IMG/VR virus record: IMGVR_UViG_3300032116_000190
Span: 1-62,279 of that record
Direction: 5' to 3' (one strand)
Length of the DNA: 62,279 nt
Source: a virus
Taxonomy: Duplodnaviria; Caudoviricetes
Below, piece by piece: positions 52,461 to 62,279 of this stretch. Position 1 is the stretch's first letter, and each line of letters begins with the position of its first letter. The translations under genes were made by a program, and so were the position numbers. Under the pieces are notes generated by a model. That model saw only the letters and a program-made list of their open reading frames with translations, was not told where the DNA came from and ran no database searches.

Positions 52461-55451
52461 TTATGATACCCAACAATCGCAGTTGCATTCAATTACCTTT
52501 TCAATTGCCTCATCAACGTTATAGGCCGAAGGTAACAAAACGCTTCCTGTATAGTCAGTGTTTAGATTGTCTGGCACATTGTTAGGGTTAAGTTGCTCGG
52601 GTGGTTGCACAGTTACAATGCGTGGAATTTCGGTTGACCCTGACAAACTTGCCGGAACAGTTATCATAACTGATGGGACCGGGACACCTTGAAGTATGGG
52701 AGTAATATCTCCGGGTTTAGTTGATCTAGCAGGAATATAAGTTCCAACGAGAGCAGAATCAGTAGGTATATAAATACCATTTGGATTGGGCTTAACAACT
52801 TGATTGTCCACTTCTGCGGCGAACCAAGCAGGGTTAGTATAGCCCTCTACTTCGTTCAATAGTTCAGGCTGATCATTCTTTATTATATTAAGGATTGGGC
52901 TAGGGATATTATTTTGCACGCCGGCGGCGATAGTTCCATTAGTAGTAAGAGTTTTAACATCATCAGTAGACATATCTACAGGAATATTGTTGTCTAATGT
53001 TATTCCTGCGTTTTGAAGTCTTCGTTGATTTCTTTCTTGTCTCATCATACCAACAGTGCTTTGTCCACCTACTGTAGACAAATCAGTTATAGCCTCAATA
53101 GTCTGTGCCGACATATGAGGTTTAGTATCTTGTGCTAATTCAGGTAATGAATCCACAAATACATTAATAGCTTGCGGATACGGATTAGTAAACGGATCTT
53201 TGGGGATAGTAACAGGAACTAGTGCATTGTATCTAGTTCTTTGTTCAATCATCAATTGAGTTCCCATACTATTCCAATACACATTTAGTTCTTGGGCTTT
53301 TTCTGGGTTGGATGCGGCAATTGATGTGATTTCGGTGTTTGCTTGATCAATATAATTTTGTACTACCGAATTCATTGGGCTAGGCCAGCCAGTAGTACCA
53401 AACGCGGTGTTTGTTCCGCCTGCGTTTGATGTGGGAGGACACTGAACCTGTGCAAACCACCCGCTAGTATTTGTATGACTTCCTCCTGAGACTAGCGTGA
53501 CGCTAGTAAGTCTACCAAAATTAGCTATATCGTTAGGATCTGTTCCGATTGTGCAAGTCGCACTAGCACCAAACGGCAATGAGATTGTTGGGACGGGCGC
53601 TCCACCACGACCATATCCTCCGCCAGGTGTTACTATAGTGAGAGTGTCAATAAAATAATCACTGGGTGAATTGCTGTCAAGAGTAAATGCTAATACAGCA
53701 CCCTCCCATGTAACTGCCAGATACAAGTTATCGTATATTGATTTTAGTGTGGTCGTTTGTACTTCTAAAATTCTGTTATATAGATTTTCCCAGGGATAAG
53801 GTAACCCGCTCATACAACCAAAAAAATCACTCATCGTGTAGGTGCCATATGGACCTGACCCTAATGCTTGCTTTTCAGAAGTATTATCAATCATTTCCTG
53901 ATTAGTTGGCTTGCTAGTTCCCGAAGTTAAGGGCAATCCAACCATGCTTTCTAATGACTTAGTAGCTTTAGCAAACTTTTTGAATGTTACTTGCTCAATG
54001 TTTCTTACTTGTCGCAGTGAGAACGATAGTGCGCCAATTGCAATTGCCTGATCCTGTGGTATGATTCCATACAAGTAAGAACCAAATCCTTTTTCGGGGA
54101 CTGCTATATTTTCAGTAGATAGGGGTGTATCTAAAATCGTCGGTGGGCCCTTAGGTATTTGAATGCCCACATAGTCTTTCATTTCCGGCGTTGACAATGC
54201 AATATTGACCCCGCCGTCTGCATAGATTGGATAGTAAGTTTTGCTATTAGTAGGCAATCCTAAATCGCTATTGTACTTAGGAACTGTTAATGATTGGAAA
54301 CTATTAGGGAATAGTTTCCTAACATCTAATAAATCAGCGAGAGATTCTAGTCCCTGAGTTTTAACTTGCATGGGTGCTAATACAGCTTGTAAGTTTTCGC
54401 CGCGGATAATCAAAAAGGCACTATAGATTTTCTTTTCTTGATCTTTGGTAGGAGTCAATATACTACCAGAAGATAGATTAGTTACGTCAGTAGATTCTAA
54501 ACCGGATGCTAGTAATGCAAGAACCAAATCTTGGATAACTGCATTATTTTGACCCAGTGTCGCTAACAATAGTGAGGGCAAACCTAATGCATCCAATCTA
54601 CTCAAATTAATTAGATTGCCTAAGTTTTCTAAATCTTCTCCAAACTGTCTAGTTGCTAGACTTATACCCATGATATCGGCACTTACCAAATCATCCATGT
54701 TACTATACGAGCCATCCATAAATGTTTGACTATTGTGGGAAGACATTATGATTTGGTTAGAAGAATTGATGAATGCAGCAGATGACATTAATGAAGAACA
54801 AAATTCCTTATATGCCGGTGTTGATGCATTAACAGTATCACCATTCCAATTGAATTCATTCCAAGCCTGCAATGCGTGTAATCTAATATACCCCCACTGC
54901 GTTACTGATTTATTAGGATTAGTAGTGTCGTATGGTATCCAAGTTGCATTTTGCTTTTGGTCAACTACGCCATTTCCTTGTAGAGGATCTGAGTATCCAG
55001 CGAGAGCAGTGGCATCATAGTTTCCATATCCAGATGTTGCGGGTCCGGGATAAGGAGGATTAACTCCGTCTCGTGTAATACCCTGTCTTGCACCATATGC
55101 AACTGCACCAGTAGTCCAATTGCCGGTTGGGTCTATAGCTTGATATGTGGGCGGCTTAGAATTACCTAATGCGCCTATTGAAGTAGAGCCAATTGAAATT
55201 AGATTGTTATAAGTTGCGTCTGAGAGGGTTGCGTTGCTGTTTCCGGGGCCTTGCAAGTATCCATCATTAATTGCATAAGTTAATGTGTGTAAGCAAGTAT
55301 CAGTGACGCATTTTCCTGGAGTATAACTAACGTTTGTTTTGCTAGAACCCATATAAGATGCAGCAACAGGGTTAATAGTTAATCCCTGGTTAAAAAGGTA
55401 AGAACCATTTACGTTTATTCCTAAGGGACTTTGTTTACCTGTATCAGCCAT
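52461..55451 (-). CDS. Large virion structural protein (baseplate/tail region)
   Basis: 996 aa, next to PAAR, PGGGY..P.I beta motif. Confidence 0.55.
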   Translation of the reverse strand: MADTGKQSPLGINVNGSYLFNQGLTINPVAASYMGSSKTNVSYTPGKCVTDTCLHTLTYAINDGYLQGPGNSNATLSDATYNNLISIGSTSIGALGNSKPPTYQAIDPTGNWTTGAVAYGARQGITRDGVNPPYPGPATSGYGNYDATALAGYSDPLQGNGVVDQKQNATWIPYDTTNPNKSVTQWGYIRLHALQAWNEFNWNGDTVNASTPAYKEFCSSLMSSAAFINSSNQIIMSSHNSQTFMDGSYSNMDDLVSADIMGISLATRQFGEDLENLGNLINLSRLDALGLPSLLLATLGQNNAVIQDLVLALLASGLESTDVTNLSSGSILTPTKDQEKKIYSAFLIIRGENLQAVLAPMQVKTQGLESLADLLDVRKLFPNSFQSLTVPKYNSDLGLPTNSKTYYPIYADGGVNIALSTPEMKDYVGIQIPKGPPTILDTPLSTENIAVPEKGFGSYLYGIIPQDQAIAIGALSFSLRQVRNIEQVTFKKFAKATKSLESMVGLPLTSGTSKPTNQEMIDNTSEKQALGSGPYGTYTMSDFFGCMSGLPYPWENLYNRILEVQTTTLKSIYDNLYLAVTWEGAVLAFTLDSNSPSDYFIDTLTIVTPGGGYGRGGAPVPTISLPFGASATCTIGTDPNDIANFGRLTSVTLVSGGSHTNTSGWFAQVQCPPTSNAGGTNTAFGTTGWPSPMNSVVQNYIDQANTEITSIAASNPEKAQELNVYWNSMGTQLMIEQRTRYNALVPVTIPKDPFTNPYPQAINVFVDSLPELAQDTKPHMSAQTIEAITDLSTVGGQSTVGMMRQERNQRRLQNAGITLDNNIPVDMSTDDVKTLTTNGTIAAGVQNNIPSPILNIIKNDQPELLNEVEGYTNPAWFAAEVDNQVVKPNPNGIYIPTDSALVGTYIPARSTKPGDITPILQGVPVPSVMITVPASLSGSTEIPRIVTVQPPEQLNPNNVPDNLNTDYTGSVLLPSAYNVDEAIEKVIECNCDCWVS

Positions 55452-55459
55452 ACATCACC

Positions 55460-55726
55460 TTATGGAACATACACATTAGGACTACCTTGCGATATCTTGT
55501 GTCCGCATGTATTTCCTGACCCAACTCGTAGAACAGGTACTCCCTCAGCAAAAACAGTAGGACTACCCTCAGTAGTCTTAGCTGCTTTATGCTTGTTTTT
55601 GCCGTGAGGAGTAATGTCGCTAACGTGCAATCCTACTGCGATACCATTTGCAAAAACTGTACCGGCACCTCGGACAATCTGTCCTCCTGCATCGTTTTGA
55701 TCACCTTTTCTACTGAGTTGTGCCAT
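55460..55726 (-). CDS. PAAR-like spike tip protein
   Basis: GAGTVFANG..H..GSPTVFAEG..CGH..GSPNV. Confidence 0.9.
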   Translation of the reverse strand: MAQLSRKGDQNDAGGQIVRGAGTVFANGIAVGLHVSDITPHGKNKHKAAKTTEGSPTVFAEGVPVLRVGSGNTCGHKISQGSPNVYVP

Positions 55727-55729
55727 TCA

Positions 55730-56032
55730 TTATCCTAAAATTAACTTCTTGTCAGGTACTACTAGACCTGTGGTAGCCTCAATATACTTTGACTTGACGC
55801 TTTCATCTGTCAAAGCATGGATTGTAACACTATTACTATTTAGTCTTGTTTCGGCCTTCGGATTTGCAGTAAACAAACTTGCAATCAATCCAAGACCTTG
55901 AGGTCCGGGAGCTACTGAAACTGGATCATGCAGTAATATGTAGTTGTCTTCAATGCTTGTTACTCTAGCAACTACTTCTTCGCCGCTAGTAAGCTTAAAG
56001 GTGTATACTTCACCTGTCTTAATATCTTTCAT
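55730..56032 (-). CDS. Sm-like hypothetical phage protein
   Basis: FKLTSGEEVVA..Y..TTGLVVP. Confidence 0.7.
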   Translation of the reverse strand: MKDIKTGEVYTFKLTSGEEVVARVTSIEDNYILLHDPVSVAPGPQGLGLIASLFTANPKAETRLNSNSVTIHALTDESVKSKYIEATTGLVVPDKKLILG

Positions 56033-56041
56033 TATCTTTCC

Positions 56042-56275
56042 TTATGCTGCGTGTGGGAGCAGTCTTGCTCTGAGTTGGTCAAACCCACCCACATATTCAT
56101 CGTCAATAAAGATTTGCGGGACTGAACGAGCATCAGGAACTGCTGCTAACAAATCTTCCTTGGTGTACGTATCACCAATCTTTCTTTCTTCAAACTCAAT
56201 TCCCTTCTGAGTTAGAAGTGTCTTTGCCTGTACACAATGGGGACAGGCGTCCTTTGACCATACAATTGCTCTCAT
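56042..56275 (-). CDS. Glutaredoxin
   Basis: CPHC, VPQIFI..VGGF. Confidence 0.95.
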   Translation of the reverse strand: MRAIVWSKDACPHCVQAKTLLTQKGIEFEERKIGDTYTKEDLLAAVPDARSVPQIFIDDEYVGGFDQLRARLLPHAA

Positions 56276-56286
56276 TATTTTTCTCC

Positions 56287-57387
56287 TTATAATTCTGGAA
56301 GTGCTTCGTAATCTAGCGTGTCAGTCATTACCCCAATGACATAACTAGTAGATTCTGATTCTTGTAATGCCGTCTGCTTTTTGCTAGTATCGCTGTGTTT
56401 GTTGAACCAAGGAATGGGAGTATTCTTTGGTGCTGGATTCCAGTACTTAATGCCAATCTGCTTAAGTGCATCTACTGCGGTGTAGTCAACAAAGTCGCAA
56501 AGAATTGCAGCATTGAGGCCGATAACTGGGCCCTTCTTAAATAGATAGTTGGCCCATTCTTTTTCTTCACGAATAACATCCGCGTAAATCTTAATGACTT
56601 CTTGTTCACAGTCGACCTTTGCTTTAGCAAAGCGAGGATCTTCCTTAACTACTTGATTAATCATCCAAGCAGTCCACTCTTTGTGTAATAATTCGTCTTG
56701 TAGAATCAAACTGATAATGTTACCGTTACCCATAAACAACTTGTTCTCAACCATTGCAAGACTTGTGGCGAACGACACCATAAAGCGAAAAGCCTCAAGT
56801 GCATAACTTGCATGGAGTGCTAACCAAATTGCATTGATATGCTCTTGTTCAGGAACGTCAATGCCGATTTCTTTCTTACAATTAAGAGCATGTAGCTTAT
56901 CATAATAGTCACCAATGCTTGAGGCCATGTCAATGATTTCCTGAGTGTCGTGAATCGTGTTGAACACTTCCTTAGGAACATTGTAGATGTTGCGAATGAT
57001 GTGGCTATATGAGCGAGAGTGGATGTTTGTTTCAAAGAAACTCCAGTTACTCATAATAGCTTCAAGTTCGGGGATAGAGCAGACCGGAGTAAAGACCTGT
57101 GCTGGTGCTCTACCCTGCAAACTATCAAGTGCAGTTTGACGAAGAACATTGCTGGTAAAGATGTGTGCAACAGCTTCACTGGCGTCCTTCATGTCATTGG
57201 CATCTTTACTGAGATTGACTTCTTCCGGAACCCAAAAGAATCCACGTGCAGTCTGTTCAATCTTTTGTAGCTTCTGATACTTGACTTCTTCAAAACGCTG
57301 AATAGTTACAGGACCTGCAGGGTCAAGGAACATCTTGCGAGTAAGATAATCTGTTTTAGTGTGTAAGTTATATTGTTGCTTGCTCAT
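56287..57387 (-). CDS. nrdB: Class Ia ribonucleotide reductase beta subunit
   Basis: FFWVPEEV, ETNIHSRSY, EAFRFMVSF, DELLH. Confidence 0.95.
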   Translation of the reverse strand: MSKQQYNLHTKTDYLTRKMFLDPAGPVTIQRFEEVKYQKLQKIEQTARGFFWVPEEVNLSKDANDMKDASEAVAHIFTSNVLRQTALDSLQGRAPAQVFTPVCSIPELEAIMSNWSFFETNIHSRSYSHIIRNIYNVPKEVFNTIHDTQEIIDMASSIGDYYDKLHALNCKKEIGIDVPEQEHINAIWLALHASYALEAFRFMVSFATSLAMVENKLFMGNGNIISLILQDELLHKEWTAWMINQVVKEDPRFAKAKVDCEQEVIKIYADVIREEKEWANYLFKKGPVIGLNAAILCDFVDYTAVDALKQIGIKYWNPAPKNTPIPWFNKHSDTSKKQTALQESESTSYVIGVMTDTLDYEALPEL

Positions 57388-57388
57388 C

Positions 57389-58534
57389 TTAGTCCCTTAA
57401 TAGTTTGATAATTGTTTGTGCTAAATCTTTGAACCAACGTTCATCGTGTCCCCTAGTTGTTTCGGCAGCAACGCCGATTCGTACTCCGCTAGTTTCAATG
57501 AACCCGCGAGTATCATTGGGAACACCATTTTTATTTACAGTAATGCCATGAGTTTCTAACAAGTCAGCAAACTCTCTACCGCTATACTTTTCGTTATTTA
57601 GATTGATGGTCATCATATGGCAGGCAGTACCGCCACTAACAACATCAACATTGGCTTCAATGAACTCTCTGGCCATTGCTCGTGCATTAATCTTGATACG
57701 CTTTGCATAAACCTTGAATTCTGGCTGCAATGCTTCATAGAAGCACTGTGCCTTAGCAGCAATGATGTGCATCAACGGGCCACCCTGCGTTCCCGGGAAC
57801 ACTGCACCATTAATCTTCTTATTGTAAGACTCATCATTCCAAAGTATCATGCCGCCTCTAGGACCGCGCAATGTCTTGTGTGTAGTAGTTGTTGCAACAT
57901 GTGCGTAAGGGAATGGATTTGGATATTCGTCTGCTGCAATCAATCCTGAATAGTGACTGATATCAGCTAATAGAATAGCGCCAACACTATCAGCAATTTC
58001 TCTGAAACGGCGCCAGTCAATGACTTGACTATATGCACTTGCACCTGCAATAAGCATCTTGGGCTGAACTTGTCTGACTAATTCAGCTACGGCATTGTAG
58101 TCAATCAAACCGTTTTCGTCAACGCCATAGCTATAAGCTTCAAACCACTTGCCACTCGCATTAACTTTTGCACCGTGACTTAAGTGGCCTCCGCTAGCTA
58201 AGTCCATACCAACAATCTTGTCATTGGGAGTCAGGAAAGCTTTGAATACTGCTAGATTGGCATTGGCTCCTGAGTGCGGTTGAACATTAGCAAACTTGCA
58301 GTTGAACAATTGAGTAGCATATTCAATTGCAAGATTTTCCACTTCGTCAACATGTTCGCAACCATTATAGTACCGCTTGCCGGGCAGTCCCTCAGCATAC
58401 TTATTAGTAAGAATACTTCCACATAGTTCCATAACTTCTGGACTAGTAAAGTTTTCACTAGCGATTAGTTCAATGGTGTTTTCCTGTCTGACCTTCTCTT
58501 TGTTGAGAATATCTGAAATGCGTGTGTCAATCAT
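57389..58534 (-). CDS. glyA: Serine hydroxymethyltransferase
   Basis: LIASEN, NKYAEG, GGHLSHG, TTTHKTLRGPRGG. Confidence 0.97.
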   Translation of the reverse strand: MIDTRISDILNKEKVRQENTIELIASENFTSPEVMELCGSILTNKYAEGLPGKRYYNGCEHVDEVENLAIEYATQLFNCKFANVQPHSGANANLAVFKAFLTPNDKIVGMDLASGGHLSHGAKVNASGKWFEAYSYGVDENGLIDYNAVAELVRQVQPKMLIAGASAYSQVIDWRRFREIADSVGAILLADISHYSGLIAADEYPNPFPYAHVATTTTHKTLRGPRGGMILWNDESYNKKINGAVFPGTQGGPLMHIIAAKAQCFYEALQPEFKVYAKRIKINARAMAREFIEANVDVVSGGTACHMMTINLNNEKYSGREFADLLETHGITVNKNGVPNDTRGFIETSGVRIGVAAETTRGHDERWFKDLAQTIIKLLRD

Positions 58535-59155
58535 TTAATAATTCCCTGATGCAAGAACGATTTTACAAATATGTTCTAATCTTTCAATATGCTCATATGC
58601 GCGCCAGGGACTAGTATCAATTGCAACTACGCCATGTCCTTTGATGCCCACGATATCATATGCGATGTTACCCTGACTGTCAAGACCTAAGTTAGTGTGA
58701 CATTCTGTTGCAAGTTCTTCACTGATCGGAGGAACTTCCCCCACATTCGGTGCGACCCTAGTGTATCTGCCCAACTCAGGGAAGTGTGTCACTAACTCAT
58801 TCAAGTTGATACCGGCATGCATTGCAGCAACACAGTATGTAGGGTGAACATGCACTACTACACGAATGTCATCACCGTGCTGACCCATATTCTTTAGCAA
58901 GCCATAGTGTAGCGGAATCTCTCCGCTAGGTGTTAGCTTTTCGGAGATATCGGTGTACTTTGCAACTTCCCAGCCATTTTCAACTAAATCAATTTTCTTG
59001 AATTGATCTGGTTGTAATGTCTGTTTTCTTACGCCACTAGGAGTGATGAAGAAATGGTTTCTATCGTGGTGTCTTATGCTTACGTTACCGTCTCTGCTGG
59101 TAATCCAGTTACGGGCATAGGCATCCTTTAAAATATCACAAATTGTTTCTAACAT
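58535..59155 (-). CDS. Class II aldolase/adducin family protein
   Basis: GNVSIR, TPSG, PSGE..H, HVH, HG. Confidence 0.9.
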   Translation of the reverse strand: MLETICDILKDAYARNWITSRDGNVSIRHHDRNHFFITPSGVRKQTLQPDQFKKIDLVENGWEVAKYTDISEKLTPSGEIPLHYGLLKNMGQHGDDIRVVVHVHPTYCVAAMHAGINLNELVTHFPELGRYTRVAPNVGEVPPISEELATECHTNLGLDSQGNIAYDIVGIKGHGVVAIDTSPWRAYEHIERLEHICKIVLASGNY

Positions 59156-61464
59156 TATAACTTACAACTTTCGCAGTCACCGTCTTCTTCAAAGAAATCA
59201 ATTTCTTCAAGCGGTGCATCATCTTCTACTTCTTTCGCGCCCTTCTTATTGATCAAGCTGTAATAGATAGTCTTGATTCCCCACTTACTTGCAAGCATTA
59301 AGTTCTTTGCGATGAGCGTTGTAGGGACCTTACGATCAGGGAAGTGAGCAGGATTGTAGAAGGTATCTGTGCTGATTGACTGATCCATGTAAGCGGCTAG
59401 AACAGCGGAGGTCTTGAGATAACCAACACAATCAGTTTGGTCCCACATAAGCTGATACTTGTTCTTCAACTTCTGATATTCAGGAACAACCTGAATGAAC
59501 GATCCAGCCTTTGATTCCTTGACGCTAATTAAACTCATTGGCATAGCAATGCCGTTCGTTGAATTGATAACCACCGAACTTGATTCTACCGGAGCAATTG
59601 CACCAACTGTGGCATTACGCACACCGTACGCCTTCATTTCAGTGCGTAGTGTTTCCCAATCAAGTTCAGGAGTAAAGTCTGCTAGTTCGTTGACACCCTT
59701 TGATCTAAGTTCCCAAGGGAAGATGCCTTGACCATAGCGAGTCTTGTCACTGTCTAAGCACTTGCCGCGTTCCTTAGCAAGTTCAACGTTTGCTTCCATC
59801 AAGTAATAAGTTTGATGTTCACCCCAACTCTTGATTTCTTGCAATGCATCTTGTTCTCCATACTTGTAGCCGCGCTTTGCATGCCAGTATGCAAGATTAG
59901 TAACGCCGATGCCGATTGGTCTGATTTCTTCGTTTGATAGCTTGCTTTGGATTGACAAGAAGTCCTGATAGTCTAGGATATTGTTCAAGCTACGCAATAG
60001 AATGCGACATGCTCTACGCATATCTTCTGGATTTCTAAATGCACCCCAATTCATTGAACCAAGTGTACAAAGAGCAATACGACCGGTAGGATCGTCTAAA
60101 CGCTTGAATGGCTTTGTGGGAAGAAGGATCTCAACACAAAGGTTTGACTGATAGATTGTATGATACTCAGGATCAAACGGACCCTGATTCATTACGTTAT
60201 CAATGAACACGAGATAGATTCTACCTGTGTCAGTGCGCTCCTTGAGAATGCCTCCCTTGAAGACTTCCTCAGCACTCATTACCTTTCTACGCAAATCCTT
60301 ACGCTTTTCATACTTCACGTAAAGTTCTTCAAACTTTGCGGTGTCCTTGTAGAATGCTTCATACAGGTCAGGAACTTCGTTTGGATCAAAGAACGTGATA
60401 TTCTCTTTGTTCTTGAATCGCTTCCAAAAGAATGCAGATAGAACTACACCGTAGTCCATATGACGAACACGAGTTTCTTCCGTACCCTGATTGTTCTTAA
60501 GAACGATCAAGTCATCAAACTGATGGTGCCAGATAGGATAGAATACAGTGGCACTTGCGTTACGAATGCCACCCTGTGAGCAAGAACGTAAGTCACCGAA
60601 CCATTTCTTCAAAAACGGAATCATGCCAGTGTGCATGATTTCGCCCCCGCGGATAGGCGAACCGAGGGGGCGAAGCCTGCCGATTTCTAAGCCAATGCCA
60701 GCACGTTTGCTAGCATACTTAGCCATCATTTCTCCCGAAGCAAAGATTGAATCTAAGTCATCGTCACTGCGAATAAGAACACAAGAACTAAACTGCTTAG
60801 TAGGAGTGCCCAAACCAGCGAGGACCGGAGTAGCAAGAGTGAATAGTCCATCGCTTGCTGCATTGTAGTATTCTTTAACGAACTTAAGACGCTTGCTAGC
60901 TTCTTCCATATGAAAGACTGTAGCTGATGCGACCATATACCGAACTTGAGGAGTTTCATAGATTTCCTTAGTGGCTCTATTGCGAACAAGATATTTTTCA
61001 ATCATCTGTTCAATTGCTGCGTATGAGTACTCCTCGTCCTTCTCATGGTCAATGAATTCATCCATCTTGTTCCATTCATCTTCCGAATACCATTCAAGAA
61101 GTTCGGGAGTGTAAAGGCCCACCGATATATTCTTCTTTACAATCTCATACAATGATGGTGGGTTATAATTTCCATATACGTCTTTACGAAGCATGGAAAG
61201 TCTTTGTCTACCTGCGACATATTGATAGTTGGTGTGACCGATATCGGGATTAGCCTCAATATCAATCAAATCCACGATAGCTCTAAGAGTGATTTCATCA
61301 ATCTCTCGTGTAGTTATTCCATCGTAAAAATGTGGATGTGCTTTAATTTCAATCATGGATTGGCTTACATCAGCCGTTCCATTGCATACTTTTGTAATCT
61401 GTTGTTGCCACTTTTCTAGGGACAGTGGCTCTTTGTTCCCTGATCGCTTTGTTACATTAATCAT
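59155..61464 (-). CDS. nrdA: Class Ia ribonucleotide reductase alpha subunit
   Basis: ATP cone VTKRSG, FSSC, QSNLCVEI, C-terminal CESCKL. Confidence 0.97.
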   Translation of the reverse strand: MINVTKRSGNKEPLSLEKWQQQITKVCNGTADVSQSMIEIKAHPHFYDGITTREIDEITLRAIVDLIDIEANPDIGHTNYQYVAGRQRLSMLRKDVYGNYNPPSLYEIVKKNISVGLYTPELLEWYSEDEWNKMDEFIDHEKDEEYSYAAIEQMIEKYLVRNRATKEIYETPQVRYMVASATVFHMEEASKRLKFVKEYYNAASDGLFTLATPVLAGLGTPTKQFSSCVLIRSDDDLDSIFASGEMMAKYASKRAGIGLEIGRLRPLGSPIRGGEIMHTGMIPFLKKWFGDLRSCSQGGIRNASATVFYPIWHHQFDDLIVLKNNQGTEETRVRHMDYGVVLSAFFWKRFKNKENITFFDPNEVPDLYEAFYKDTAKFEELYVKYEKRKDLRRKVMSAEEVFKGGILKERTDTGRIYLVFIDNVMNQGPFDPEYHTIYQSNLCVEILLPTKPFKRLDDPTGRIALCTLGSMNWGAFRNPEDMRRACRILLRSLNNILDYQDFLSIQSKLSNEEIRPIGIGVTNLAYWHAKRGYKYGEQDALQEIKSWGEHQTYYLMEANVELAKERGKCLDSDKTRYGQGIFPWELRSKGVNELADFTPELDWETLRTEMKAYGVRNATVGAIAPVESSSVVINSTNGIAMPMSLISVKESKAGSFIQVVPEYQKLKNKYQLMWDQTDCVGYLKTSAVLAAYMDQSISTDTFYNPAHFPDRKVPTTLIAKNLMLASKWGIKTIYYSLINKKGAKEVEDDAPLEEIDFFEEDGDCESCKL

Positions 61465-61907
61465 TCTTTGCCTATTTTCTGTTTTAATGGTTTAATATCA
61501 ATTTGTTTGAAGTTAGTGAAATCTGATAGACATGTATTTAATACTGAATCAGGGTACCAATTCATTATATATTTTGCGTTGTCAACCAGGACTAAACATA
61601 CGTTCTCATTATTATCGTCTAAACAGTCCACAAAGTCAATGTTTTTTACACCCAATAGCATAAGTGTGTATACCATTCCTAAACCTCGGGCATATTTACA
61701 ATAGTTATTATCACTAATGAGTTCCCATGGATTGGGCCAGTCGGGCGTGTCTGCTGGATGTAGATAGTGATTGACGAGTGGGGTCTTTTGCCAAAACTTG
61801 TCTACTTCAACGCAGATACTTTGTATATCGCCGTTTTCTAAAGATTGTCTAAGCGAATGCCATGCACGAAGACGAGTATAATAGTCTAACAGAAAAATAT
61901 TCATCAC
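61461..61907 (-). CDS. Conserved hypothetical phage protein
   Basis: WPNPWELI..YC..ARGLGM.YTL. Confidence 0.75.
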   Translation of the reverse strand: MMNIFLLDYYTRLRAWHSLRQSLENGDIQSICVEVDKFWQKTPLVNHYLHPADTPDWPNPWELISDNNYCKYARGLGMVYTLMLLGVKNIDFVDCLDDNNENVCLVLVDNAKYIMNWYPDSVLNTCLSDFTNFKQIDIKPLKQKIGKE

Positions 61908-61941
61908 ATTAATGATACTTATATTAGATGCTAATCAACTG

Positions 61942-62279
61942 TTAAAATGTGATTCTAAATCCCGATCCAGCTATGTTAGTGAATATAATCCCCCCTACTG
62001 CTAGAGAGTTAGTACCGGTAATATAGCTGATACTTAGGTAGTCATTTGTTCCCCCGCCGGCAAATGTCAAGCCAGTATTATTACCACCGTTAACACTATT
62101 AGCACCAACATTCCATGCAGTCAGTTTAAATAATGTTGCATTAGATGTAGAGGTTGACCCAACTGTGACTAGATTGCCGGCGGTGCCTGCAAGATCAAAG
62201 TTAGTAAAGGATTGCGTTTCTCCTGCACCAAACAAAACAGTGCATGGTTGAACAGTATTGTTGAACGTAGTGAATGTAT
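61942..62279 (-). CDS. 3' end of a G/N/T-rich structural protein (truncated by window edge)
   Basis: Beta-rich low-complexity ORF open to the window edge. Confidence 0.6.
   Translation of the reverse strand, partial: TFTTFNNTVQPCTVLFGAGETQSFTNFDLAGTAGNLVTVGSTSTSNATLFKLTAWNVGANSVNGGNNTGLTFAGGGTNDYLSISYITGTNSLAVGGIIFTNIAGSGFRITF

Noticed and set aside
56287-61464. Introns or inteins in nrdA/nrdB
   Set aside because: Both ORFs are continuous and of normal length

Overview
Fragment of a large, AT-rich, T4-like/jumbo myovirus-type phage genome, mostly transcribed on the minus strand; there are no cellular housekeeping operons. It contains virion genes (tail-fibre-like ORF, PAAR, a 996-aa structural ORF), nrdA/nrdB/glutaredoxin, metabolic genes (metK, glyA, speD, NAMPT + NadM-Nudix NAD salvage), and an RNA-repair/translation-rescue set (RtcB, two Pth2-like, minimal HisRS, ArfA-like, HAD, cyclic-phosphate receiver domain). 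About 44 tRNA genes at 12.4-36.4 kb cover all 20 amino acids, and a CUA-anticodon tRNA-like gene lies at 48.3 kb. The tRNA spacers hold many non-canonical RNAs: a GOLLD-like giant RNA with an embedded tRNA, CCA-ended armless mini-tRNAs, tRNA scaffolds with altered arms, and tandem pseudoknots. The most striking unexplained element heads the array: a 46-codon leader ORF using all 20 amino acids and 37 different codons, within a terminator/antiterminator arrangement that could sense loss of any tRNA. All calls come from reading the sequence by eye; no searches or folding programs were run.
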